Shown one piece after another: positions 50,558-60,983 of a stretch of DNA of 64,000 nucleotides. The translations under genes were made by a program, and so were the position numbers. Every line of letters starts with the position of its first letter. Position 1 is the first letter of the stretch. Under the pieces are notes generated by a model. That model had not been told where the DNA came from. It did not search any database and saw nothing but the letters and a program-made list of their open reading frames with translations. This stretch comes from Nitrospirota bacterium (GTDB taxonomy: Bacteria > Nitrospirota > UBA9217), in NCBI GenBank assembly GCA_963751455.1, contig CAVVUN010000015.1, forward strand, positions 1-64,000, written 5' to 3'.

Positions 50558-52935
50558 ATGAACATACGCTCAAGGTTCTCGAATTTGACAAGATAAGAAC
50601 CATTATCGCAGCCTTCGCAGCATCTGACAGGGGAAAAGCCGCAGCGGTCAAAATGCTTCCCTCCGGGGACAGACTGTCGGTCATAACAAGAATCAGGGAA
50701 ACCGAGGAGTTCACGAGGATTCTCCAAAGCGGCGAGCACCCTCCGCTGGACGGAATTCCGGATGTAGACCAAGCTTTAAAAAAACTGATGGTAACCGGCG
50801 GGACCCTGTTTCCGGACGAACTGCTCTCCGTTGCGGGTCTGGTGAGCGCCGGAAGACGGATTAAAAAATTTTTTTTACGGTTCGAAGGCAGGGGATCGGT
50901 CACCTGCTCTTACCCGCTTTTATGTAAACGCACGTCGGAGCTCGAGCCGCTCAAGCATATAGAAGAGGCTGTTTCCCGGACGATCGACGATAAGGGCGCC
51001 GTGAAGGATTCGGCCAGTCCCGACCTTCGTAAAATTCGGAAGCAGATCGCGAAGACCCGGGAGGATATCCTCGGCCGCATGGCCGGCATTCTTCAGGACG
51101 CCGGTTTTCAAAAGGTGATCCAGGAGCCGGTTGTTACGGTTCGCGACGACCGTTACGTGCTGCCGCTGAAGCCCAATTTCCGGCAGAGTCTCAGGGGCGT
51201 CGTGCATGGGCAGTCCGGGTCGCGGTCCACGCTCTTTGTCGAGCCGCTTGACGTTCTGGAGCAGAATAACCGCCTTGCGGAGCTGCGCATGGACGAGCGC
51301 GAGGAGGTTGAGCGGATTCTCCGCGAATTGACGTCGCTTCTCTCAAAAGATGCGGACAAAATAGAACAAACCGCCCGCATCCTGGAAGACGTCGATCTGA
51401 TTTATGCGCGGGCGCGATTCGGAATCGAGTATGGCGGTGTCATACCCATAATTAGGGACGGTCCTGGTCTTCAGCTCCGCGCGGCAAGGCACCCGTTGCT
51501 CGCGGCAAAGAGCAGGGCGGGAGGGAATTCCGGCGATGTGATGCCGAACGATATCGTGCTGGGCGGAGAACACCGGGCGCTTATCGTGAGCGGGCCGAAT
51601 GCCGGCGGCAAGACCGTTATTTTGAAAACTGCCGGCATTCTTTGCCTCATGACGCAGTCAGGTGTGCCTGTGACAGCCGGTGAAGGGACCGAGCTCCCGT
51701 GTTTTAGCTCGATAGTCGCGGATATCGGCGATGAACAGAGTCTGGAGCAGGACTTGAGCACATTCTCTGCCCACGTCAGCAGGGTCGCAGAAATTCTGAA
51801 GAATGCCGATAAAGAGTCCCTCGTATTGATTGATGAACTGGGATCCGGAACAGACCCTGCCGAAGGGGCGGGACTCGGTGCAGCAGTGCTCGAAACTCTG
51901 ATCCAGCGCGGATGCACTACTGTCGTGACAACTCACGATCGCGCCCTGAAGCTTTTCGGGTCTCAAACGGGGGGCGCGGTGAATGCCGCAATGGAATTCG
52001 ATCCGGCGACACTTAAACCGACGTACCGGTTGATTCCGGGCAGGCCCGGCAGAAGCTACGGATTGGACATGGCGGCACGGCTCGGTATACCGGATGACGT
52101 CATCCGAAACGCGCGCGCCAGGCTCTCGCAAGACGATGTGAAGCTGGAACAGCTGCTGAAACAGGTCGAAGAAGAGAGCCGGATGCTGTCTTCAGAACGG
52201 CAGGTTTTCGAACGGGCGCTTGCCGCCGCAAAAAAAGAGCAGGACGAGGCTCATGCGGCGCTTCGGGCCGCCCGGGAAGAGGCGCGGGAAGTAAAATTCA
52301 AGGCAAAGGCGGAAGCAACAGAGGTTCTTGCGCGGCTTCGTCGAAAACTTCGCGAACTTTCCCGCGCATCAACCCTTGAACGGACCGAAATACAGAAAGC
52401 GGGCGCTGAAGCAGAATCGATCGGGAGGATACTGGAACCGGAGGTTTCTGAAAAAGTTTTTTCGGCGGCTTTTCTTGCAGACATTCATCCCGGGGCTACG
52501 GTGCGGATTGCAAGGCTGAATAAGCCCGCGCTTGTTCTGGCCAGGCACCGCGATATGCTTGAACTGGAAGTAAGCGGCAAAAAATTGAAGGTTCCGATTG
52601 CAGAGGTAGGACCCTTAGAACTGTTACCAGATACGCACTCTCCGGGGATTACTCCAGGATGGAGCGCCGATTTTTCCGGGGATGAGATCGCAGTCGACCG
52701 GTTGAATATCATCGGTCTTCGTGTAAACGACGGGCTGGCCGAGGTTGAACGGTTTATCGATAGAGCTTCTGCCGGCCATGTATCAATCGTAACGATCATT
52801 CACGGACTGGGAACCGGGGCGCTCAAGGCTGCTGTAAACGACTTGCTGAAAAACCACCCGCTTGTCGCGTCAATGAGGTCCGGCACGCCTTCTGAGGGTG
52901 GCGCGGGGGTCACGGTGGCTGAGTTGAAAAAATGA
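50554..52935 (+). CDS. mutS2: Endonuclease MutS2
   Basis: VHGQSGS..TLFVEP, GPNAGGKT, DIGDEQS..Q.LSTFS, DELGSGTDP and C-terminal Smr IIHGLGTG. Confidence 0.95.
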   Translation: MNEHTLKVLEFDKIRTIIAAFAASDRGKAAAVKMLPSGDRLSVITRIRETEEFTRILQSGEHPPLDGIPDVDQALKKLMVTGGTLFPDELLSVAGLVSAGRRIKKFFLRFEGRGSVTCSYPLLCKRTSELEPLKHIEEAVSRTIDDKGAVKDSASPDLRKIRKQIAKTREDILGRMAGILQDAGFQKVIQEPVVTVRDDRYVLPLKPNFRQSLRGVVHGQSGSRSTLFVEPLDVLEQNNRLAELRMDEREEVERILRELTSLLSKDADKIEQTARILEDVDLIYARARFGIEYGGVIPIIRDGPGLQLRAARHPLLAAKSRAGGNSGDVMPNDIVLGGEHRALIVSGPNAGGKTVILKTAGILCLMTQSGVPVTAGEGTELPCFSSIVADIGDEQSLEQDLSTFSAHVSRVAEILKNADKESLVLIDELGSGTDPAEGAGLGAAVLETLIQRGCTTVVTTHDRALKLFGSQTGGAVNAAMEFDPATLKPTYRLIPGRPGRSYGLDMAARLGIPDDVIRNARARLSQDDVKLEQLLKQVEEESRMLSSERQVFERALAAAKKEQDEAHAALRAAREEAREVKFKAKAEATEVLARLRRKLRELSRASTLERTEIQKAGAEAESIGRILEPEVSEKVFSAAFLADIHPGATVRIARLNKPALVLARHRDMLELEVSGKKLKVPIAEVGPLELLPDTHSPGITPGWSADFSGDEIAVDRLNIIGLRVNDGLAEVERFIDRASAGHVSIVTIIHGLGTGALKAAVNDLLKNHPLVASMRSGTPSEGGAGVTVAELKK

Positions 52936-53029
52936 ATCACGCGGAGTCCCAGAGGAGTCTTCATGATCAAGCCGCATCCGGGATGCCCGATTGCCGGTTC
53001 AAGCTGCTGCTGAGAAGGAAACAATAGCC

Positions 53030-54808
53030 GTGTTCTCCGAAGATGTCATAAACCGGGTCAGGGATAGCGTGGATATCGTGGATCTCGTCTCCGGTTATGT
53101 GTCGCTGAAGAAGACCGGCAAGAACCATACCGGGCTTTGCCCTTTTCACGCCGAGAAAACACCCTCGTTCTCCGTGAACCCGGACAAACAGATTTTTCAC
53201 TGCTTCGGCTGCGGCGCGGGCGGCGATGCATTTAAATTTCTCGAGCTTCAGGAAGGATTGAACTTCCCGGAGGCCGTTCGAAACCTTGCAGGACGCGCCG
53301 GCATTCAGCTGCCGGCGCAGGGAAAATCAGAGGGCCAGAATAAAAGGGCCGAAGATGAGCGGAAAACCCTTCTCAGCATTGTTGCAGACGCTGCAGAGTA
53401 CTACGGGAAAGAGTTGCAAAGCGCGGCGGGAAGCGCGGCGCGGGCGTACCTCGTAAAACGGGGTGTCAGCGAACAGATCGTAAAAGAACTCTGCCTTGGT
53501 TACTCACGGCCGGAGTGGGACTGCCTGCTCGGGTATTTGAAGCAAAAAGGATACGGCCCCGGAGCGATTGAGCGGGCCGGCCTTATTGTGAAGCGCGCGG
53601 AAAGCGAGGGTCATTACGACCGCTTCCGGGGCAGACTGATGTTTCCGATCCGCGACATTGCAGGAAACACGATCGCTTTCGGCGGCAGGGTCATGGATGA
53701 TTCTCTGCCCAAGTATCTGAATTCTTCGGAAACACCCCTTTACAGCAAGAGCAACACGCTTTATTGTCTGGACATTGCAAAAGAGCACGGCCGCAAACAG
53801 GGATACTTTATCATCGTGGAAGGGTATCTCGACGCGATAGCGTGCCATCAGTACGGAGTACGGAATGCGGTCGCAACGCTCGGCACCGCGCTTACGGAAG
53901 GCCATTTGAGGCTGCTGCGGCGCTTCGCGGACAAGCTTGTGCTGATCTTTGACCCAGACCCGGCTGGTGTAAGGGCTTCCCTGAGGGGATTTGATCTTTT
54001 TATCTCGGGCGGCATGAAAGTGAACGTGGTTTCGCTGCCCGACGGACACGATCCTGACACGTTTTTACAGAAGAGCGGCCGGGAGGCATTTACGGCGCAA
54101 TTGCGCCAGTCCGTAAAATTTATGGATTTCGTCCTTGCGCAGGTAATTCAAGGCGGACGGGATTCTTCGATCGATGAAAAAGTCGAGAAGGCCCGCGAGA
54201 TGCTCGCCTTCATAACAAAACTGCCCAGCGGCATAGAGCGTGATCATTATTTGAAGAAAACAGCAGAGGCCCTCGACCTCGACGAGACTGTGCTGAGGCA
54301 GGAAATGCCGCGGACCACAAAAGGGCGCACCGAAGTGCCGGATCGAAACGGGTACCGGTTATCGACCCGGGAGCACGCTCCTAAGGCGGAGGAAATTCTG
54401 GTCCATCTTATGTTGAAGGACGAGGGAATTGCGCGCAGCCTGGAAGGGCAGATCGAGCCGCAGGACTTTACGGATCCGCTGTTCCGGCGCGCGGTGCAGC
54501 ATGTCTTCGCTGTTCTGGCAAAAACAGGCAGGCTCGACTCGGCAACCCTGCTTACCGCCGGAGACGAGGAGCTCAATAACCTGATCTCGCATTACTCGGT
54601 GCTGGACAGGGATTACGAGGATCCCCAAAAAAACTGTCGTGATTGCGTTGAGCTGATCAAGCAAGCGGACCCCGAGAAAAAAATGAAGCAAATCGTGAAA
54701 GCGCTTAAAGAAGCGGACAGCATGGGAAACACCGAGGAGTACAGACGCCTCCTCGAGATGCAGCAGCAGTTGTCAAGAAGACCGGGCCGCCGAATTCCAG
54801 GTCTCTAG
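53030..54808 (+). CDS. dnaG: DNA primase
   Basis: CPFHAEKTPSF, FHCFGC, PKYLNS, VEGYLD and DPD; GTG start. Confidence 0.96.
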   Translation: MFSEDVINRVRDSVDIVDLVSGYVSLKKTGKNHTGLCPFHAEKTPSFSVNPDKQIFHCFGCGAGGDAFKFLELQEGLNFPEAVRNLAGRAGIQLPAQGKSEGQNKRAEDERKTLLSIVADAAEYYGKELQSAAGSAARAYLVKRGVSEQIVKELCLGYSRPEWDCLLGYLKQKGYGPGAIERAGLIVKRAESEGHYDRFRGRLMFPIRDIAGNTIAFGGRVMDDSLPKYLNSSETPLYSKSNTLYCLDIAKEHGRKQGYFIIVEGYLDAIACHQYGVRNAVATLGTALTEGHLRLLRRFADKLVLIFDPDPAGVRASLRGFDLFISGGMKVNVVSLPDGHDPDTFLQKSGREAFTAQLRQSVKFMDFVLAQVIQGGRDSSIDEKVEKAREMLAFITKLPSGIERDHYLKKTAEALDLDETVLRQEMPRTTKGRTEVPDRNGYRLSTREHAPKAEEILVHLMLKDEGIARSLEGQIEPQDFTDPLFRRAVQHVFAVLAKTGRLDSATLLTAGDEELNNLISHYSVLDRDYEDPQKNCRDCVELIKQADPEKKMKQIVKALKEADSMGNTEEYRRLLEMQQQLSRRPGRRIPGL

Positions 54809-54877
54809 AATACAAACAGAACAATCTGGGCCATTTGCGCCAGTGAGATGCCAAGTATTATAAAGGAGCACCAGAGT

Positions 54878-56683
54878 ATGTCAAAGCGGGGCAAAGCAGG
54901 AGATCAGAAAAAACCGGCACCATCATCTAAAGAGCGGAACTTCGTTCCCTACGAGGAGACCCAGGAACCGATTCCGCACGACGACGTTTCCACAGAACAG
55001 CTCGACAGCATAATATCCCTGTTCGGTGACGGCGAAATGGACATCGATATCGCCGATTCCCGGCACGACGGCAAGACTCGCCAGCCGGCCGAGGATGAAC
55101 TGGAAGAAGGCGCCGAGACGGATGAGGCGTCGCTGGAGGAAGCCGCCGAGGAGGAAGCGTCCGAGGAGGAAGAGGTCGAGGTCGGCGTGGGAAAGACAGA
55201 TGATCCCGTACGTCTCTATCTCAAGGAGATGGGAACCGTGCCTCTTCTTTCAAAGGAAGGGGAGGTTGCAATCGCGAAAAGAATCGAAGAAGGCAAGCGC
55301 GATGCAGCCCAGATTCTCTACAATCTGCCGTTTTCACTGCAGGATGTTCGCGAACTGGGGGAGAAGCTCAGAAAGGGCAAGATCAGCATCAACGAGATCG
55401 TCCATGCAGGCGACGATGAATTCGATGATCTGCAGAGCCAGAACGAAGAGGAACTTCATGCAGAGGTGATCAAGCTTATCAATGAGATTGACCGACACAG
55501 CAGGGATCTCAACACTCTGATCAAACATGTAATGAGCAACCGGTGCAGTGAAGCGCGTAAGAAAAGCCTCCGCGACAAAATCCAGACCACGCGGCATGCC
55601 CTGTTTGACAAGCTTGAGAAGCTCAATATACACTGCCGGCAGATGGACCGGCTGGTCATGAAGATGCGGGAAATGGTCAGCGAACTGCTGCTGTCGGATC
55701 GTGAAATCCATGCCTTGGAGCGGAAATCGGGTCTTACCATTGCCGAGCTAAAAGATGTATTCAAGAAAATGAGGCAGGGCGACCGCGAACTTAAAAACGC
55801 GGCCCGCAGACTGGAGATGAAACAGGATGCCCTGATCGGTCTTGAAAAAACATACCGGAACGCAATCAAGCGTATTAAAAACGTTGAATCCACCTGCGGT
55901 GTTCACGCAGATGACCTCAAAAAGGCCCTCCGGGCCTATGAGCGCGCGGAGGAGCGGGCGAAGTACGCGAAGAGTGAGCTCGTTGAGGCAAACCTCCGCC
56001 TCGTCGTCTCCATCGCAAAGAAGTACACAAACCGCGGTTTGCAATTTCTCGATCTTATTCAGGAGGGAAACATCGGCCTCATGAAGGCCGTAGACAAATT
56101 TGAGTGGCAGCGGGGGTATAAGTTCAGCACCTACGCCACATGGTGGATCCGGCAGGCGATTACGCGCGCAATCGCAGACCAGGCGCGGACGATTCGCATT
56201 CCTGTGCATATGATAGAGACGATGAATAAGTTGATCCGGACTTCTCGCGGGCTTGTGCAGGACCTCGGCAGAGAACCGACAACCGAAGAGATTGCCACAT
56301 CCATGAAGTTGCCTGTCGAAAAAGTTCGCAAGATCATGAAAATCGCCAAAGAACCGATATCGCTTGAAACGCCGATCGGCGAGGAAGAGGATAGTCACCT
56401 TGGAGACTTTATCGAGGACAAAAAAGTGGCCTCTCCGCTTGAGTCGGCTATTCGCAAGAACCTGCATAACCAGGTGCGCAAGGTTCTGAACACGCTGACC
56501 GAACGCGAGGAAAAGGTTCTCCGTTGGAGGTTCGGTATCGGAGAACATACTGACCACACTCTCGAAGAAGTGGGTCAGGAGTTCGACGTAACCCGCGAGC
56601 GCATCCGTCAGATCGAGGCCAAGGCGCTCCGGAAGCTGCGGCACCCGAGCCGCAGTAAACAGCTCAAGAGCTTCATGGAATAG
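54878..56683 (+). CDS. rpoD: Primary sigma factor RpoD
   Basis: [40 protein letters not shown] and [13 protein letters not shown]. Confidence 0.97.
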   Translation: MSKRGKAGDQKKPAPSSKERNFVPYEETQEPIPHDDVSTEQLDSIISLFGDGEMDIDIADSRHDGKTRQPAEDELEEGAETDEASLEEAAEEEASEEEEVEVGVGKTDDPVRLYLKEMGTVPLLSKEGEVAIAKRIEEGKRDAAQILYNLPFSLQDVRELGEKLRKGKISINEIVHAGDDEFDDLQSQNEEELHAEVIKLINEIDRHSRDLNTLIKHVMSNRCSEARKKSLRDKIQTTRHALFDKLEKLNIHCRQMDRLVMKMREMVSELLLSDREIHALERKSGLTIAELKDVFKKMRQGDRELKNAARRLEMKQDALIGLEKTYRNAIKRIKNVESTCGVHADDLKKALRAYERAEERAKYAKSELVEANLRLVVSIAKKYTNRGLQFLDLIQEGNIGLMKAVDKFEWQRGYKFSTYATWWIRQAITRAIADQARTIRIPVHMIETMNKLIRTSRGLVQDLGREPTTEEIATSMKLPVEKVRKIMKIAKEPISLETPIGEEEDSHLGDFIEDKKVASPLESAIRKNLHNQVRKVLNTLTEREEKVLRWRFGIGEHTDHTLEEVGQEFDVTRERIRQIEAKALRKLRHPSRSKQLKSFME

Positions 56684-56845
56684 CGCGTGGCCGCGTCGCG
56701 CTTCTTGACATTTGTGTAGTTATGTGCCAATATAGTAATTCGAGTTTGGTGCTTACTTCCCAATGAAAGCTCCAGGTTAAAAAGTATCATATTGATGTTG
56801 CGGCATGAGAACCGCGGATTTGCCGAAATTGTTTGCACGGTAAGG

Positions 56846-56921
56846 GGGCCCATAGCTCAGTTGGTAGAGCTACCGGCTCATAACCGGTTGGTCCCAGGTT
56901 CGAGTCCTGGTGGGCCCACCA
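56846..56921 (+). tRNA. tRNA with CAT anticodon, most likely tRNA-Ile2 (lysidine)
   Basis: 76-nt cloverleaf with GGGCCCA/TGGGCCC acceptor stem, CTCATAA loop, GTTCGAG and encoded CCA. Lacks initiator features; located after rpoD. Confidence 0.93.
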
Positions 56922-57026
56922 ACCATTGATGCTGTAAGCTGATTGGAAAGAAGGAAGATTGCAGATGACAGGACTATTCAGGCAAGAAAGCATCAACAAG
57001 GACTGCAGAAAAAGAACAGAGTACAT

Positions 57027-57052
57027 AAAACGCGCCGCGAGGCGCATTTTTT
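57027..57052 (+). terminator. Terminator after the tRNA
   Basis: GCGCC gcga GGCGC ATTTTTT. Confidence 0.6.
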
Positions 57053-57065
57053 ATTTGGAGGCTGA

Positions 57066-57791
57066 ATGGAACAACAGCTTGTTATGCTGGTTGAGCTTCA
57101 AGAAATAGACCGGACAATCAGAGTCCTTACCGAGAGGAAAAACGCCTTTCCCGGGACTTTAGCGTCCCTCGACCGACGCCGCACGGAGAATAAAGAAGGA
57201 CTGAACAAAAGTAAAGAAGCACTCCAGGCGGCGCAGAAGAATAAGCGGGACCGGGACAAAGACCTGGAGATCGGAGTCCAGAAGGTTGAAAAGCTCAAGG
57301 CGCGTACGCCCGATATCAAGACGAACAAAGAGTACCAGGCCCTTCTCAAGGAGATAGAAACTGTTGAGCAGGAAAACAAGGCCATCGAGGACGATATCCT
57401 CGGGTTGATGGAAAAGATCGATGCTGCCGTTGCGTCGATTACTGCGGCCGAGAGCACTGTCCAGGAAGAAGATGCCGCAATAACTGCGGAACAGAAAGGA
57501 CAGGAAGCCGTTATGGCCCAGATTGAGGAGGAATTGAAAGTTGCCGAGCAGCATCGCCGGGCCGCCGCCGCCCGCTGCGATCCCTCTATCCTCTCTCAGT
57601 ATCAGAAACTTATTGCGACAAAAGCGGGCATGGCCTTGGCGGAGGCCCGCGGGGAGTCATGTTCCGGATGCTACATGAGCATCCCTCCGCAGGTATTCGT
57701 CAATGTCAAGAAGAACGAGAGCATTATTAACTGCCCGCACTGCGGCCGTATTCTCTATTATAAAGAAACGATCGTTCAAAAAGATAGGTAA
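57066..57791 (+). CDS. Coiled-coil + C4 zinc-ribbon protein (DUF164/CT398-like)
   Basis: TNKEYQAL.KEIE; CSGC...CPHCGRILY. Confidence 0.88.
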   Translation: MEQQLVMLVELQEIDRTIRVLTERKNAFPGTLASLDRRRTENKEGLNKSKEALQAAQKNKRDRDKDLEIGVQKVEKLKARTPDIKTNKEYQALLKEIETVEQENKAIEDDILGLMEKIDAAVASITAAESTVQEEDAAITAEQKGQEAVMAQIEEELKVAEQHRRAAAARCDPSILSQYQKLIATKAGMALAEARGESCSGCYMSIPPQVFVNVKKNESIINCPHCGRILYYKETIVQKDR

Positions 57792-57861
57792 TGGACAACC
57801 AAAGGAAAGTGATTTGTGACGGACTCCATTAACAGCTGGGGCTTTTTTTTTGGGGATTAGC

Positions 57862-58260
57862 ATGGAACTTACCATCTACAGCGACGGCGCCTCAAGAAAC
57901 AACCCCGGCGAGGCCGGCGCAGGCATAGTTATCATGCGTGACGGCAAACCCGCCGAAAAAATCGGGCGATATCTGGGCGTAACCACGAACAATATTGCCG
58001 AGTATTCAGCGGCAATAATCGGACTGGAACAGGCCGTCAGACTCGGAGCTTCCAGGGTAAGTCTGCGTGCGGATTCCGAACTGCTGGTGAAACAGGTGAA
58101 CGGCGAATACAAGGTAAAGAATGAGGGCCTTAAGCCTCTTCACGCTAAGGTAAGGGAACTGATTGCAAAAATAGGCAACGTTGATGTACAATACATTCCG
58201 AGGGAAATGAACAAGGAAGCAGATGCGCTGGCAAACAAGGCAATAGATGAGAAGCTTTAG
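57862..58260 (+). CDS. rnhA: Ribonuclease HI
   Basis: DGASRNNPG, TNNIAEY, DSELLVKQ and REMNKEADALAN. Confidence 0.93.
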   Translation: MELTIYSDGASRNNPGEAGAGIVIMRDGKPAEKIGRYLGVTTNNIAEYSAAIIGLEQAVRLGASRVSLRADSELLVKQVNGEYKVKNEGLKPLHAKVRELIAKIGNVDVQYIPREMNKEADALANKAIDEKL

Positions 58261-58399
58261 TGCAAATATCAAATTGCAAATTGTAAAGTGCAAAAATGGA
58301 ATTGAAAACAATACTTAATTTCAATTTTGAAATTTACACCCTGCACTCGCGCTTACGCACTCGTAATCGCTGGGAGCAAGTCAATTTGCATTTTGCAAT
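58261..58399. repeat. 7-nt-periodic palindromic element between rnhA and rnpB
   Basis: TGCAAAT-ATCAAAT-TGCAAAT-TGTAAAG-TGCAAAA ... TTTCAAT-TTTGAAA-TTTACAC ... TTTGCAT-TTTGCAA. Confidence 0.65.
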
Positions 58400-58411
58400 A
58401 GTTTTTAGATA

Positions 58412-58781
58412 TCAGAGCGGGTGAGGTGATCGCTCCCCGGAAACGGGGAGAGGAAAGTCCGAGCTCCGCAGGGCAAGGCGGTTCCGAAACGGAACAGGGG
58501 GCGACCCCATGGATAGTGCCACAGAAAAGAAGACCGCCCCGAAAGGGGCAAGGGTGAAACGGTGGGGTAAGAGCCCACCAGGCTCCCGGGCGACCGGGAG
58601 TGCTTGGAAAACCCCGCCTGGAGCAAGACCACATAGGGAAGCGTCCCCCGAAAGGGGGTAAGGACGGCCCGTCCGAGACTTCCGGGTAGGTCGCTCGTGC
58701 TCTCGAGCAATCGGGGGCCCAGATAAATGATCATCACTCCGGGAGACCGGAGGACAGAACTCGGCTTACGACCCGCTCTGA
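58412..58781 (+). ncRNA. rnpB: RNase P RNA (type A)
   Basis: P1 TCAGAGCGGGT/ACCCGCTCTGA; GAGGAAAGTCC, AGTGCCACAGAAA, GGGTGAAACGG, GAGCAAG, AGATAAATGAT and ACAGAACTCGGCTTAC. Confidence 0.97.
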
Positions 58782-58958
58782 CTTTTTCTATTCGTTCCGG
58801 TCGTGCAGATTTCGCCCAAGGATTTGTTTCGTTATAAGATCCTTTCTGTATTAACTCTCCCAGCGCTGTTTAATCTCTCCTGTTATTAACGAGAACTATT
58901 TGGTATAATATTTTTGCATCATGATGGCACCGTCGAAGATCGCTTTCGGAGATATGCC

Positions 58959-59603
58959 ATGAGCACCAAAAAGGAATTCAGCAGCCGACCGTTTGAGAAG
59001 CTGCGGAAATCGATCGAGAACCGCATTGCAGACCCCGCTCCTCCGCTCCCAAAGAAAAAAGAGAGAATCAGCGACGAAGAATTATTCAACAGAGAGATGG
59101 ACGATGTCCAGGTGATCGAGGCGTTCCGCACCCTTACCGTCGAACGCAGTAGGACCAGGGCTGCGGCCCATCTTCCTGTCAGGCTGGACCCCGACCGGGA
59201 GACCTTGCTTGTTCTGGACCAAATAACATCAGGCGAGCTGCCGATGTACCTGCCGGATACTCAGGAATACGTGGAATGGACCAATCCATCTTATTATGAC
59301 GCGATAATCCCTAAACTTCATGAAGGACAATTCTCGATTCAGGCGTCACTCGATCTTCATGGCTGCACTGTTCCTGGAGCCGAAGCGGAACTCGACGATT
59401 TTCTCGAAGTTGCATTCAAAAGGGGGTTCGGCTGCGTCAAAATCATTCATGGCCGCGGCCTTCGCTCGCTAAGGGGTCCGCGTATCAAGGCTGCAGTAGC
59501 AAGGCGGCTTTCGGGCCGCTATCGCAAGGACATCATTGCCTACGTAACAGCCAGGCAGTGCGACGGCGGCCTCGGCGCCCTTTATGTCCTGCTCAAAAAA
59601 TAA
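58959..59603 (+). CDS. Stand-alone Smr-domain protein
   Basis: LDLHG, IIHGRGLRS and GGLGALYVLL. Confidence 0.9.
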   Translation: MSTKKEFSSRPFEKLRKSIENRIADPAPPLPKKKERISDEELFNREMDDVQVIEAFRTLTVERSRTRAAAHLPVRLDPDRETLLVLDQITSGELPMYLPDTQEYVEWTNPSYYDAIIPKLHEGQFSIQASLDLHGCTVPGAEAELDDFLEVAFKRGFGCVKIIHGRGLRSLRGPRIKAAVARRLSGRYRKDIIAYVTARQCDGGLGALYVLLKK

Positions 59604-59643
59604 TCCGCACTCCCAGTCTTAAAAAAACCCAACGATTAAGAAG

Positions 59644-60480
59644 ATGAAGACCGAAATTCTGCTTACACCTGTCCGTGTCCGCGCATTCCGAAAAAAAATT
59701 TATCTTCATTACCGCTCAAGGGGCAGGGACCTTCCCTGGAGAAACACAAACAATCCATACCATATTCTCATTTCCGAGATCATGCTGCAGCAGACGCAGG
59801 TCGAGCGAGTTCTCGCGAAGTATCACGAGTTTCTCCACGCCTTTCCGGATTTTGCTTCTCTGGCCCGTGCCCGGCTGCCTAAATTGCTAAAGCTCTGGTC
59901 CGGTATGGGTTACAACCGGCGGGCGATGGCCCTCCGATCGCTGGCTCGCACTGTTGTCAACGAACACTTTGGTGTGCTGCCTTCCGAACGCGAGAAGTTG
60001 ATAGCCTTGCCGGGGGTAGGAAACTACACCGCTTCCGCAGTCTTATCGTTTGCTTTCAATAAGCCTGCTGTTTTTATGGACACGAATATAAGGCGTGTTT
60101 ATATCCATGAATTTTTTCGTGGTCGAAAAAATGTACATGATGACGAAATCAGACCGCTGATAGAACGGACGATGAATGCACGGAACCCCGGGAAATGGTA
60201 TAACGCTTTGATGGATTACGGTTCAATGATTAGCCGGGACTATTGCAATCCAAACCGCAGAAGCGCCCATTACAGCCGTCAAACTCCTTTTGTGAATTCC
60301 GATCGGCAGGTGCGTGGAACCATCTTAAAGGTTCTGCTGAAGAAATTACGTCTGAGCCAGGCTGGAATCGCAAGGGAAACGGGCATGGATCCCGAGCGTA
60401 TAAAGAAGAATCTTGTACAGCTCGAGAAGGAAGGATTTATAAAGAAGGAGGGACGAAATTTTCGAATATCATCGTCGTAG
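59644..60480 (+). CDS. mutY: A/G-specific adenine glycosylase, short variant lacking the Fe-S cluster and NUDIX domain
   Basis: RDLPWR, PYHILISEIMLQQTQV, GMGYNRRA, LPGVGNYTA and DTNIRRV. Confidence 0.85.
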   Translation: MKTEILLTPVRVRAFRKKIYLHYRSRGRDLPWRNTNNPYHILISEIMLQQTQVERVLAKYHEFLHAFPDFASLARARLPKLLKLWSGMGYNRRAMALRSLARTVVNEHFGVLPSEREKLIALPGVGNYTASAVLSFAFNKPAVFMDTNIRRVYIHEFFRGRKNVHDDEIRPLIERTMNARNPGKWYNALMDYGSMISRDYCNPNRRSAHYSRQTPFVNSDRQVRGTILKVLLKKLRLSQAGIARETGMDPERIKKNLVQLEKEGFIKKEGRNFRISSS

Positions 60481-60557
60481 ACTTGACCGCAGGGAAGAAC
60501 TCAAATCTGATATAATGGAAATATCGGCCTGACAAAGACTTGAGCAAGGAGGAGGCA

Positions 60558-60833
60558 ATGGTTACCGCGCTTGTTCTGCTGACAGTTTCAAGGGATAAAG
60601 TTAATGCCATTGCCGAGGCCCTTGCCGAGATGGAAGGAATCACAGAGGTCTATTCCGTGGCCGGGAGATACGATCTGGTCGTGGTTATTCGTGCCACGGA
60701 CAACGAACAGCTTGCAAAACTGGTTACAGGCCATATGCTCAAGGTCGAGGGGATAATCACGTCAGAAACACTTGTGGCATTCCGTGTACATTCCCGGCAT
60801 GATCTCGAGACCCTGTTCTCTATCGGCATGTAA
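60558..60833 (+). CDS. Lrp/AsnC ligand-binding-domain protein
   Basis: EVYSVAGRYDLV and GIITSETL; GGAGG RBS. Confidence 0.88.
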   Translation: MVTALVLLTVSRDKVNAIAEALAEMEGITEVYSVAGRYDLVVVIRATDNEQLAKLVTGHMLKVEGIITSETLVAFRVHSRHDLETLFSIGM

Positions 60834-60983
60834 AGGCGCCTCATTTTCTCTTTTCCTGCTTGACAACCGCTGCTTCATTCTCCGAATTGTAAGAAATTAT
60901 CCTGTTGTGAATCCATCAAAAATAGTATACAATCTCCGCACTTTGTTGCAAAGCACTGCGACCTTACTTTTCAGGAGGAAGTA

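Noticed and set aside
56846-56921. tRNA-Met or tRNA-fMet, or an integration site
   Set aside because: The 1:72 pair is matched and there is no GGG/CCC anticodon stem, so it is not an initiator. Sequence and position fit Ile2. No duplicated 3' end or integrase is nearby.
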